Made by a program: the position numbers and the translations under genes. From assembly GCA_043747615.1 (NCBI GenBank), contig JAYTOU010000025.1, positions 1 to 43,086 of the forward strand: 43,086 nt of DNA. The letters are read 5' to 3'. The stretch comes from Myxococcales bacterium. GTDB taxonomy: Bacteria > Myxococcota_A > Polyangia > Polyangiales > Polyangiaceae. Positions 24,826 through 33,975 of this stretch are shown here, in pieces; the stretch's first letter is position 1; each line of letters begins with the position of its first letter. Below the pieces are notes generated by a model, which worked only from the letters and a program-made list of their open reading frames with translations, made no database searches and had not been told where the DNA came from.

Positions 24826-26133
24826 TTACGTCTTGTCGATCACCGGTCCCGGCGCGCGCGAGTAACCGCGCATCGTCATCGGCACCGGCTCCCCTTCGGC
24901 GAGCGATCCAAAAGCTTCGACGAACTGTTCGGGCGTTAGGTTCGCCGCAGCCGCAAAGCGTTTGAGCTCGAGGGGATCGTCGAAGTCCTCTCTCTTCAGA
25001 CGAAGCATGTAGCTGCGCGCGATCTTGTAGCGGTCGGACTCGATGTCCACCATGCGCACGCGCATTCGGCCGGTATGCGGGTCCATCATTTGCGCGAAAG
25101 GAATGGGCTTGAAACGCCCGTCCTGAATGGAGATGAGCGCGGAGCTCCCGCCGTCGATGATGTAGCGCGCTGCGCAGTAGCCGAGGTCGCGCGTGTACTC
25201 CATGTCGAAGGGCACGGGATCGGCGCAGCGGAGCTCATAGCCGATGTTCTTGGCGACGATGGTGCTCTTGATGTTGAGCTTCGCCAGGCGCTCCACGACG
25301 GCCTTTTTTACGATGTCGCCGAAGTTGATTTCAGAGATTCGGATGTGATCATGCGCGTCGCGTTCGACGCCCGCCAGGCCCGCAAGATCTTCTTCGGAGA
25401 GCATCTCGGCGAGCCCTTCGGCCAGGACCGCGACGCCGTCCGTCCGCCCGTAGGCGAGGCGCTTGATGATCGCGCCAGCCAGGGTATCCACGATCGTCGC
25501 CAGCCGCGTACCCTGGGGAAATTCCTCGGGGATGAGGGTGAGCGTAGCCCCCACGGCCTTGCCGATCCCGAGAGCGAGGTGACCGGCTTTTCGTCCCATG
25601 GCGATGACGAAGTACCAGCGCGAGGTGGTCTTCGCGTCGGTCATCAGGTTCTTCACGATCTCGACCCCGATGTGCCGCGCCGTCTGAAATCCGAAGGTCG
25701 CGATGTGATGCGGGAGATCGAGATCGTTGTCGATCGTCTTCGGCACGTGCACGACGGCGAGCCGGCCGCCCGAGGCCTCGGCTAAGCGGTGCGCGGTGAA
25801 CGCGGTGTCGTCTCCGCCGATGGAAATGAGCTTCCCGATGTTGAGGCGTGTCAGCGAATCGAGCGTCTTTTCCAGGAGCTTTACGTCTTTAGTGGGATTC
25901 GCGCGCGCGATGCCGACGTGGGAGCCGCCGCGAAAATGGATGCGACTAGTGTCGGCAATGGTGAGCGGCACCACATGCGAGGTGTCGCCTTCCATGAGCC
26001 AGCGAAAGCCGTCTTGGATGCCGACGACGTCGTAACCGGAGAGGCAAGCCCGGATGGTTGCCGCGCCGATGACGCTGTTGATTCCAGGGGCGGGGCCGCC
26101 GCCCACTACGATGGCGAGACGCTTGTCGAGCAT
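24826..26133 (-). CDS. pfp: PPi-dependent 6-phosphofructokinase
   Basis: GGGPAPGIN, GGDD (Asp typical of PPi-dependent enzymes), PKTIDND, MGR, GYELRC. Confidence 0.92.
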   Translation of the reverse strand: MLDKRLAIVVGGGPAPGINSVIGAATIRACLSGYDVVGIQDGFRWLMEGDTSHVVPLTIADTSRIHFRGGSHVGIARANPTKDVKLLEKTLDSLTRLNIGKLISIGGDDTAFTAHRLAEASGGRLAVVHVPKTIDNDLDLPHHIATFGFQTARHIGVEIVKNLMTDAKTTSRWYFVIAMGRKAGHLALGIGKAVGATLTLIPEEFPQGTRLATIVDTLAGAIIKRLAYGRTDGVAVLAEGLAEMLSEEDLAGLAGVERDAHDHIRISEINFGDIVKKAVVERLAKLNIKSTIVAKNIGYELRCADPVPFDMEYTRDLGYCAARYIIDGGSSALISIQDGRFKPIPFAQMMDPHTGRMRVRMVDIESDRYKIARSYMLRLKREDFDDPLELKRFAAAANLTPEQFVEAFGSLAEGEPVPMTMRGYSRAPGPVIDKT

Positions 26134-26215
26134 GCATCGGAGACTAATCGACCTTCGGGAGACTGTGTCGCGTGATCATCATTGCGCGGCCCAGCCGTGC
26201 TAGATCGAGTCCCCC

Positions 26216-27190
26216 ATGAATTCAAAACCTGAGCCGTGGTTCGAGCCTCGCGAGGCTGGTGCGCCCGTCCTCGTCGCCGTCGGTGCGATGAACTTTGGAA
26301 AACGCACGCCGAAGAAAGAGGCGGAGCGAATCATCGGTCGCGCCGTCGAACGCGGATGCACTTACTTCGACACCGCGAACGCCTACTACGACGGCGAGTC
26401 CGAAAAGATCCTCGGAGCCGCACTCGCCAAGCAGCGAAGCCTCGTGAAGATCGCAACCAAGGTTGGCCTTCTTCGCACCGGAGGAAAAGTGGAAGGCCTC
26501 GCCCGCGCCACCATCCTCGACGCTTGCGACCAGAGCCTCGCCCGCCTGGGGACGGACTACGTCGACGTCTATTACCTTCACGCTCCCGACGCATCGACCC
26601 GCATTGAGGAGACCCTCGGCGCCATCGAGTCTCTCTTGAAAGCCGGCAAAATAAGGCAGTTTGGCGTATCGAACTACGCCTCGTGGCAGATCCTCGAGAT
26701 CATGAACCTGTGCGACGAAGCCTCGATGCCGCGCCCGGTGCTCTCGCAGCAGATGTACAACATCCTCATTCGCCAGCTCGAGATCGAGTACTTCAAATTC
26801 ACGACGCGGCATCCCCTTCACACCACCGTCTACAACGTGCTCGCCGGCGGGCTTCTCGCGCGCGAGCATCACCAAGAGACCATCACCGCCGGCTCGCGCT
26901 TCGACAAGAATCCGATGTACCAGCGGCGCTACTGGTCGGAGCATTTTTTCACCTACGTCGAAGCGCTCCGCGCCTTGGCCACGGAGGAGAAGCTGACCCT
27001 TGCTGCTCTCGCGTATGCGTGGGTTGCCGCGCGTCCCGGTGTATCCTCGCTGCTCGTCGGTCCGGCGTCGGTGGAGCAGCTCGATTTTGCGCTCGATGCC
27101 GTGGCTCGCACGCTTCCTCCAGAGAGCAACAAGCGGATCGAGGACCTTCACCGCGCGTTTACGGGAACGGACGCTACGTACGCGCGCTGA
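26216..27190 (+). CDS. Aldo/keto reductase
   Basis: GAMNFG, FDTANAY, IATKV, SLARLGTDYVDVYYLH, GVSNY, Q.MYN, LAGGLL. Confidence 0.93.
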   Translation: MNSKPEPWFEPREAGAPVLVAVGAMNFGKRTPKKEAERIIGRAVERGCTYFDTANAYYDGESEKILGAALAKQRSLVKIATKVGLLRTGGKVEGLARATILDACDQSLARLGTDYVDVYYLHAPDASTRIEETLGAIESLLKAGKIRQFGVSNYASWQILEIMNLCDEASMPRPVLSQQMYNILIRQLEIEYFKFTTRHPLHTTVYNVLAGGLLAREHHQETITAGSRFDKNPMYQRRYWSEHFFTYVEALRALATEEKLTLAALAYAWVAARPGVSSLLVGPASVEQLDFALDAVARTLPPESNKRIEDLHRAFTGTDATYAR

Positions 27191-28041
27191 TGACGATGCT
27201 CCACTCGAAGACGGTAGATGCGAGCGTGCACCCTGCACGCATGCTCAACGCCGGCGCAGACGAAATGGACGTCACGGCGGCGATCGCGCATTTCCGCGAG
27301 CATGGCTACGCGCGCCTCGGGAAGGTCGCGAGCGACGACACGATCGAAGCGCTCCGCACGCGCGCTGAGGACATCATGCTCGGGCGCGTGGTCTATCCGA
27401 ACCTCTTCTTCCAGATCGATGGCACGACTGGTCGCTACGACAAGCTCACCTACGGTCGCGGTTACGAAGGACCGAGTCTCAACTACCGCAAAATCGAGAA
27501 GCTCGAGCAAGATCCGCTCTACCTCGCGTGGATCGAAAATCCGCTCTTCGAACGCATCGCGCGGACGATCATCCTCGGCGACATCGTCATCTACCGAGCG
27601 CTTCTTTTTTCAAAGGCGCGCAAGGCAGAGAACGGTGATCCCGGCGGTACCGTGCTCCCATGGCACCAGGACGGCGGCAAATTTTGGGGCCTCGATCGCG
27701 ATCCGCTTCTCCAAGTGTGGACGGCGCTCGACGACACTCCGGTCGCGTCGGGGTGCGTCGAAGTATTTCCGGGCAGCCATCTCTTCGGGCTCGCTACGCC
27801 ACTGGGGGGCGTGGTGCAGGAGCGGTTGGTAGATCACAAAGAAGCGAACGCGCAGGCCACTCCACTACCTGTGCGCGCAGGAGACGTGCTCCTCATTCAC
27901 AATCACGTTTGGCATCGCTCCGGGGTCAACACCACCGACACGGCACGCCGCGCGTTCACGGTTTGTTACATGACGGCGCAGACGCGATGCCTTCGGACGA
28001 AAAAGGCTCCGCGCACGTTTTTTCCGGTGTTTCGGGGCTGA
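27190..28041 (+). CDS. Phytanoyl-CoA dioxygenase (PhyH) family Fe(II)/2OG oxygenase
   Basis: FREHGY, PWHQD, VWTALDD, PGSH, AGDVL...HRSGVN...R. ATG overlaps the AKR stop (TGATG). Confidence 0.9.
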   Translation: MTMLHSKTVDASVHPARMLNAGADEMDVTAAIAHFREHGYARLGKVASDDTIEALRTRAEDIMLGRVVYPNLFFQIDGTTGRYDKLTYGRGYEGPSLNYRKIEKLEQDPLYLAWIENPLFERIARTIILGDIVIYRALLFSKARKAENGDPGGTVLPWHQDGGKFWGLDRDPLLQVWTALDDTPVASGCVEVFPGSHLFGLATPLGGVVQERLVDHKEANAQATPLPVRAGDVLLIHNHVWHRSGVNTTDTARRAFTVCYMTAQTRCLRTKKAPRTFFPVFRG

Positions 28042-28045
28042 GAGC

Positions 28046-29626
28046 TCAGAAGCCGAACTTTTCTTCGTCGGGCGGGGCTGCTGCACCGGGAGGAGGCGGC
28101 GGCTTTTGCTTCGAGCCTCGCGGCGGCGTGGGGGGAACAGCAGGCTTCGCGGAAGCGGCTGATGACGCGCCAGGCACCGGGGCGAGTGCGCTCGTTCCGG
28201 TGGCGGGCGGCATGGGCTTCGTCACGTCGGGAGCGCTCGACGCGGCCGGAGGAACGAGGGCCGGAGCGGCCGGAGGCGGAGTCGCTTCGCGCGCCTCGTG
28301 AACGGCGGGAGGCTCGACCTGACGCACCGGCGGCGAGGGGCGCGCGACGGACCGGGGCAAATACGTCCGGCCGTACGTCGCACCGAAGACGCCGAGAGCG
28401 AGGATCGCCGCTAGCGCAAAATAGCCGAGTTTTCGACTGCGCGGACGAGGGTTGTTGGCGACCAGCGCGCTCGCCGTCAGGGGCCGCCCGGTGGTCAAAA
28501 AGCCATCGGCGTGGATGCCCGACGGCGTCAACGAAGAGGTGGCCGCCGCAACGCGCGTGCTCGGGCGGACCGCATCGTGGATGGACTGCGCCGCGGCATT
28601 GAGGGCCGCATCAGACGGGGTGAAGCTCGAAGGACGAATGTTGTCGGAGAGCGTGTCGAGCTGCGCGGCGGGCTCGCGCGACGCAGGATTAATCAGTCGC
28701 GCAATATCCACGCGGGGAGGGGCGGGGATGCTGCTGCCACCGCGCCCCGAGGCTTGCTCGAGCAAGAGGGCGAGGCGCGCGGCTTGCTGCATCGTGCGCG
28801 CGGACGGCCAGCGAGCGGCCATGTCGAAGGCGACCGCGCGATCGACGAGCTTCGCTACATCTCCCGAGACGTGCGGCGCGACCGTCAGGATCGCGGGAAT
28901 CGGCTCGGTCATGGCGAGGAGGAGCTCTTCGTTGCTCGTCTCTGCTTTTCGCGGACGATACCCAACGAGCATCGCCCACAGCACCGCGCCTACCGCCCAA
29001 ACGTCGGTGCGCGCATCGACCACGTCCCAGCGCCCCCGCGCCTGCTCCGGCGGCATGAAGGCTGGCGTTCCGAGGGGCATCCCGGCGAGCGTGGCGTTGA
29101 CGAGGGTGGACGTCTCCGCAAGACGGGCGATCCCATAATCGAGGACTTTCAGCGGCCCTTGCTTCGTCAAAAAAATGTTGGCCGGCTTGATGTCGCGGTG
29201 AATGATACCCCTCTCGTGGGCGGCCTGCAGCACCTCGAGGAGCTCCTCCGTCAGTCGCAGTGCCTCCTGCACCGAGCGCGCGCCTTCTTTTCGTAGCTTC
29301 CTCTCGAGGGTCTGCCCCTGGAGGAGCTCCATGATGAGAAAGACAGCGCCGTCGTCCGTCTTGTCGTCGTCGATGATGGCAACCGCGCCGGGGTGATCGA
29401 TTTTATTGGCGACGTAGCCCTCGCGCAAAAAGCGGGCGACGACGTCCGGTTCGATCGTGAGCTCCTGGTGAAGGAGCTTGATCGCCGCGCGCTTACCGTT
29501 TCGATGGGTCGCCGAATACACGGCGGCGCTCCCCCCGACTCCCAAAAGAGAATCGAGTGTCCATTTTTCGCGAAGGACGGAGCCCACCCGTAACTTCGCC
29601 CGTTCTACAAGAGCGGGAGCAGCCAT
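28046..29626 (-). CDS. Membrane-anchored Ser/Thr kinase with Pro-rich C-terminal tail
   Basis: LGVGGSA.V, AAIK, HRDIKPAN, DYG, GTPAFMPPEQ; TM LGYFALAAILALGVFGA; tail ends DEEKFGF. Confidence 0.92.
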   Translation of the reverse strand: MAAPALVERAKLRVGSVLREKWTLDSLLGVGGSAAVYSATHRNGKRAAIKLLHQELTIEPDVVARFLREGYVANKIDHPGAVAIIDDDKTDDGAVFLIMELLQGQTLERKLRKEGARSVQEALRLTEELLEVLQAAHERGIIHRDIKPANIFLTKQGPLKVLDYGIARLAETSTLVNATLAGMPLGTPAFMPPEQARGRWDVVDARTDVWAVGAVLWAMLVGYRPRKAETSNEELLLAMTEPIPAILTVAPHVSGDVAKLVDRAVAFDMAARWPSARTMQQAARLALLLEQASGRGGSSIPAPPRVDIARLINPASREPAAQLDTLSDNIRPSSFTPSDAALNAAAQSIHDAVRPSTRVAAATSSLTPSGIHADGFLTTGRPLTASALVANNPRPRSRKLGYFALAAILALGVFGATYGRTYLPRSVARPSPPVRQVEPPAVHEAREATPPPAAPALVPPAASSAPDVTKPMPPATGTSALAPVPGASSAASAKPAVPPTPPRGSKQKPPPPPGAAAPPDEEKFGF

Positions 29627-29667
29627 TAACCGGTCACCATGTTTACCACCCCCCCCACCATCGAGCT

Positions 29668-30552
29668 TTACACTTTTTCAGTCCGCGTCGACCCGAGCAA
29701 ACCTGCGGGACGGACGAGCAGTACCCCAATTAGGACAAGGAAGACGAGAACGTCTACGCCTCCGGAGTAGTCGGTCAGCTTGACCATCTCCCCGAGGACA
29801 CCGATGAGGAGCCCCCCGAGCATGGCCCCGGTGATGCTTCCGATGCCGCCCAGCACCGCAGCTACGAAGGCCCGTGTGCCGATCACCACGCCCATGGTCG
29901 GGTAGACTTGCGACTGATCGAGGCAGAAGAGAATCGCACCGAGCGCAGCCAGCGACGACCCGAGAGCGAACGTCGTGGCAATGACCCGCGAGGTACGAAT
30001 GCCCATCAGGCGTGCGGCCTCTTCGTTCGCCGAGAGCGCCCGCATCGCCTTGCCAAACCAGGTGCGCTTTACGATCAGCTCGAGCATCACCATGACCGCC
30101 ACCGCAACGACGAAGATGACCGGACGGGTCTGATCGAAGAGACGCGGATAGGGTCGGAAGCGCGCGGTGAAGAGGAGCTGCGCCAGATTCTGAAGGAGCA
30201 CCGACACTCCCAGCGCGGTGACCAGCGGCGTTACACGCACGAGCGGCCCTTTTCCTCGGCCGCGAAGAGGACGGTAGGCGACGCGCTCGACAGTGATACC
30301 GAGGAGTGACGCCGCCACCATCGCCAGCAACGTCCCGGCGACACCCGCAACGATCGGATGCTCGCCCGCTCCGAGCCCGAGAAAAAGGAAGAGCCCCGCG
30401 TAGGCCGCCATCATGAAGACTTCGCTATGCGCAAAGTTGATGAGCTTGAGCACGCCGTAAACCATCGTGTAGCCGAGGGCGACGAGTGCGATCATCGAGC
30501 CCTGCGCAAGCCCGGTGACCAGCGCCTCGAAGAGCTTTTGGGTCAGATTCAC
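29668..30552 (-). CDS. livH: Branched-chain amino acid ABC transporter permease
   Basis: ALGYTMVYGVLKLINFAH, ERVAYRPL, GKAMRA...AARLMGI, AFVAAVLGGIGS, RPAGLLG. GTG start at 30552. Confidence 0.92.
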   Translation of the reverse strand: MNLTQKLFEALVTGLAQGSMIALVALGYTMVYGVLKLINFAHSEVFMMAAYAGLFLFLGLGAGEHPIVAGVAGTLLAMVAASLLGITVERVAYRPLRGRGKGPLVRVTPLVTALGVSVLLQNLAQLLFTARFRPYPRLFDQTRPVIFVVAVAVMVMLELIVKRTWFGKAMRALSANEEAARLMGIRTSRVIATTFALGSSLAALGAILFCLDQSQVYPTMGVVIGTRAFVAAVLGGIGSITGAMLGGLLIGVLGEMVKLTDYSGGVDVLVFLVLIGVLLVRPAGLLGSTRTEKV

Positions 30553-30563
30553 GTCGCGAAACG

Positions 30564-31721
30564 CTACTGCGCGAGGATCTGCGTCGAGTAGGTCATCTTC
30601 TTGTCTTTGATCTGGACGATGACGATGGGTTTGTTGGCGTTGTGGTTTGCGTCGATGGTGAGCGTGCCCGTCGCGCCGGCGAAGCCCTTGGTGTCGGCGA
30701 GCGCGTTCTTGATCGACTCGGGGGTCAAATCTGCGGCGCGGGCGATGGCATCGAAGAGCAGCTTGGCCGCATCGTATCCCTGGGCGCCGAGGCTGCTGGG
30801 ATCGCGGCCGTACTTCTCTTTGTACGACTTGACGAAGGCCTTGGAATTTTCCCAAGGGACGTCGGGGGCGTAGTGATTCGTGAAGTACGCGCCTTCGAGC
30901 TCGCCGCCTGCGCCTTCGATGAGATCCGCCGAGTCCCAGCCGTCTCCGCCGACGAACATTGCTCCGGGGATGCCGACCTTCTTGGCCTGGCGTGCGATCT
31001 GCACCATGTCGTTGTAGTAGACGGGAACGAAGTAGGCATCGGGGCTCGCCGATTTCAGCTCGGTCAGGTACGTCGTGAAATTCGTCTCCTTCGCCTGATA
31101 GCCCTTCTCGATCACGATCTTTCCGCCGAGCTTCACGAAGCTCTCTTTGAAGCTCTGGGCGAGACCAGAGGAGTAGTTGTCCTGGGCGACGAAGAAGAGC
31201 GCGATGTTGTTCTTCTTGAGCGTGTCGTGGACGAAGCGCGCGGCAACGTCACCCTGCTGCGCATCGGTGAAACAAGTGCGAAAGACGTACTCGCGATCTT
31301 TGGTTACTTCCACGGCGGTCGACGACGGCGTCACCATCGGTACTTTCTTGGTGTTGCAAATCAGCCCGCCCGCCATCGAGCGGCTCGACGCGACCTCACC
31401 GAGCACGGCCACGACGCCGTCGCGATCGATGAGCTGACGAACTTTGTTGGACGCTTCTTGGGGAGTGGATTTGTCGTCCTCGTAGAGAAGGCGGACCTTC
31501 TTTCCTTTGACCCCGCCGGCCGCGTTCGTCTGAAGCACCGCGAGCTCGATGCCATCGCGCGTGTCGCTGCCGAACGTTGAATCCGAACCCGAGAGCGAGA
31601 GGTATGCACCGACCGCGATGTCGTCACTCTTGGCCTTGCAACCCTCGGAGGCGAGGCCGGCGAGGGCGAGCGAGGCGACGGCGGGAAAGAGCATCCGTCG
31701 GGAAAATCGGGCGATAGTCAT
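30564..31721 (-). CDS. livK: Branched-chain amino acid ABC substrate-binding lipoprotein (LivJ/LivK family)
   Basis: Lipobox-like SEG-C, SLSG...FG, NAAGGVKG, DDKS, LGEVASS, FRTCFTD, GGDGW, GYDA, GATG. Confidence 0.9.
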   Translation of the reverse strand: MTIARFSRRMLFPAVASLALAGLASEGCKAKSDDIAVGAYLSLSGSDSTFGSDTRDGIELAVLQTNAAGGVKGKKVRLLYEDDKSTPQEASNKVRQLIDRDGVVAVLGEVASSRSMAGGLICNTKKVPMVTPSSTAVEVTKDREYVFRTCFTDAQQGDVAARFVHDTLKKNNIALFFVAQDNYSSGLAQSFKESFVKLGGKIVIEKGYQAKETNFTTYLTELKSASPDAYFVPVYYNDMVQIARQAKKVGIPGAMFVGGDGWDSADLIEGAGGELEGAYFTNHYAPDVPWENSKAFVKSYKEKYGRDPSSLGAQGYDAAKLLFDAIARAADLTPESIKNALADTKGFAGATGTLTIDANHNANKPIVIVQIKDKKMTYSTQILAQ

Positions 31722-31775
31722 CGTGCCGCTCGCATACCACGCTCACTTGCCGGAGCGAAGGAAGCCCGAAGGGAA

Positions 31776-32585
31776 CTACCCGCGTCGGAGAGCGATGGCG
31801 GCGGCGGGTTCGATCACTCGGAAGGTGAAGGACTCCGCGAGGTAGAGCTCGAGCTCTTGCTTGTCGACGTAGGCGAAACCGATCGAGAAATCCTGGCCCA
31901 CGGTGAGCTCGAAGTCACCGCCGCGGGTCGACATGAGCACCGCGCCGGAGATCGTCGGCGCCCAGACGATGGGGCCGGCGATGAGAGTCTTTTCGATCCG
32001 CTTGAGAAGCGGGTAGCCATCTTCGCTTCCGGCGGAGAGCTCGTCGTACGCTTTCGGTCCTAGGGCCAGCGCAAAGGGTCCGCCGATGCCCACGGTGCGG
32101 AGGACTTCCTTTGCCTGAGCGATCGCTTGCGGCCAGGTCGCGGTGCTCGTCACCTCCACGGGCGCGTGGGGGCTCGAGTCGATGATGCCACTGATTCGCC
32201 CGGCCTTGAAGCCGTTGAATACTGCGCTGTCCTCGACGCGAGCAATTTTTTCGGCTGCCTTGACGACCGCTGACAGATCCGGCGATTTTCCGCGCGCGAC
32301 GGCATCGAGATCCGGGATAGAGAGGCGGAACGGAGCGCGCACCTCGACGAGCGGCTGCACGCGCCGGATGCCCGCCGTAACGCCGAGCATCGGTTCGTCG
32401 CCGAGCGGATCGAGCGCGCCTGTGCTCACCGCTGCGAATTGCCAGCCGTGCGGCCCGCTGAAGTCGACCAACTTTCGGCCCGCGAGATTCAGCTTCAGCA
32501 CCCGACGTGCCTCCTCGTCGATCTGTTTCCAGGCTTCGGGGAGAATGGGAGCGAGGTTGCGCTTTAAAAGATCCATCGTGGTCAT
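31776..32585 (-). CDS. Family 1 encapsulin shell protein (linocin M18-like)
   Basis: MDLLKRNLAPI..EAW.QIDEEARR, L.GRKLVDFSGPHG, ARVED..VFNG, STRGGDFELTVGQD.SIG, ELYL.ESFTF. ATG 32585 overlaps the cargo stop; alternative start 32576. Confidence 0.95.
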   Translation of the reverse strand: MTTMDLLKRNLAPILPEAWKQIDEEARRVLKLNLAGRKLVDFSGPHGWQFAAVSTGALDPLGDEPMLGVTAGIRRVQPLVEVRAPFRLSIPDLDAVARGKSPDLSAVVKAAEKIARVEDSAVFNGFKAGRISGIIDSSPHAPVEVTSTATWPQAIAQAKEVLRTVGIGGPFALALGPKAYDELSAGSEDGYPLLKRIEKTLIAGPIVWAPTISGAVLMSTRGGDFELTVGQDFSIGFAYVDKQELELYLAESFTFRVIEPAAAIALRRG

Positions 32586-32968
32586 GTCTTCAGGCTTCCG
32601 ATGCCGAGGGAGCCCTCGACGATCCTGCCGCTCTTCGAAGGACTCTTCGAGGGGGCGCGCGCTTCGTCTTGCCCGCCCTTCTCGACCTCCGTGATCGGGG
32701 CGGTGGTCAGCAAATAGGTGCGGATGTTCTTGTCGAACTCCGGGCTGGCGCGGCGAATCCACTCCAGATTCATCATGGCGTGCTCGATCTCTTCGTTCTT
32801 GTTGTGAACGAGGACCGCCCGCAGGGATTCGTCTTTCGTTGCCTCGGCCCGCTGCGCGTACCAGTCGATGGCCTCGAGCTCTTCGCACAGCGAAACGATC
32901 GCGCGGTGCATGTCCTTGGTCGGCTCGGAGAGAAGGTCCAATTGCTCGTGATACGTATCACTGCCCAT
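32582..32968 (-). CDS. Encapsulated ferritin-like cargo protein (EncFtn/Flp) with C-terminal targeting peptide
   Basis: HRAIVSL.EELEAIDWY.QRA, HNKNEEIEHAMM.LEWIRR, C-terminal GSLGIGSLK cargo-loading peptide. Confidence 0.95.
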   Translation of the reverse strand: MGSDTYHEQLDLLSEPTKDMHRAIVSLCEELEAIDWYAQRAEATKDESLRAVLVHNKNEEIEHAMMNLEWIRRASPEFDKNIRTYLLTTAPITEVEKGGQDEARAPSKSPSKSGRIVEGSLGIGSLKT

Positions 32969-33019
32969 GAATGGTCAATACCATCACCGTCGCCGGGCAT
33001 CGGGCCGATTGCAGTTGAG

Positions 33020-33952
33020 CTAGAACGTTCCGCGCACGCCGAGGCTGGTCACGTCTCCGCGACGCGACGGGGCGGTGACGACGAGGATGAGGCCACTCAC
33101 CGAGAGCGCGCCTCCGGCCGCGAAGCCGACGATCGATACCGTTTGCCACGTGCTCGCCGCCGACACGTTGCCGCTGCATCCGGGGGGCTGCGTCGCGCTG
33201 CCGAGACCCGGACAGGATCGATCGGCGTTGTATGCGGAGATCGCGCTCTGGCGAAGGAGCTGACCCACCACGCCAGTAATCACGAGAGCCGCGCCGGCAC
33301 CTAGAACTACCCAGCCTAGGTTGCGCTGCACGTTCGACGTGCCCTTCGGTTCTGCGTCCCTCGGCGGTGCTCCCGCGATCGCGCGCTCGGTCGTCGACGC
33401 TCCCGATTCCGCTGCGAGCTGGGGACGAAGCTCGATCGTTTCGCGGGCGATTCCTGCGGGTGGAACGGTGACCACACGCGACGCCGTGTAGTAGCCCTTC
33501 GCGCGTACTTCGACGTTGCGCGTCCCGGCCTCGACGCGTCGCCCGCTCGCCATCGGTAGCGCGCCCACGCTTGCGCCGTCGACGAACACCTCGGCTCCCG
33601 CGCTGCCTCCGCGGATCTCGAGCGAACCAAGGTGCTGTTGAATCACGGCGAGTGACTGCGTGAGTGCTGTGCGGTTCCGGGCGATCCAGGGATCTGGCGC
33701 GCTCGTCGCTTCAAGGAGATCGATTTCGGCAGCGACCCACAGCCCTAGCGCTTGCTCGGCTAGAGCAATTTGCGCCCGCCCACGCGGAGTCGGAGTCATG
33801 GCGAACGCGCGTCGAAATTCAACGAGCGCTTGGTCGTCGTGCCCTTGTTCGCGAAGCTCGACACCGTGCGCGATGATCGACTCTGCGTCTTCGGCACGAG
33901 CGGACGAAGAGGCGAGAAAAATCGCCAGGCAGAGACCGACGGTGAGGCGCAC
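33020..33952 (-). CDS. Secreted TPR-PEGA domain protein with C-terminal beta-signal-like end
   Basis: GTG start, signal ...SSARA; TPR (ALVEFRRAF..PTPR.RAQIALAEQALG); PEGA (GAEVFVDG...VEVRAKGY); Gly-rich hydrophobic segments; ends LGVRGTF. Confidence 0.85.
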   Translation of the reverse strand: MRLTVGLCLAIFLASSSARAEDAESIIAHGVELREQGHDDQALVEFRRAFAMTPTPRGRAQIALAEQALGLWVAAEIDLLEATSAPDPWIARNRTALTQSLAVIQQHLGSLEIRGGSAGAEVFVDGASVGALPMASGRRVEAGTRNVEVRAKGYYTASRVVTVPPAGIARETIELRPQLAAESGASTTERAIAGAPPRDAEPKGTSNVQRNLGWVVLGAGAALVITGVVGQLLRQSAISAYNADRSCPGLGSATQPPGCSGNVSAASTWQTVSIVGFAAGGALSVSGLILVVTAPSRRGDVTSLGVRGTF

Positions 33953-33975
33953 TCGAGGAGTATAGGCGATCAGCG

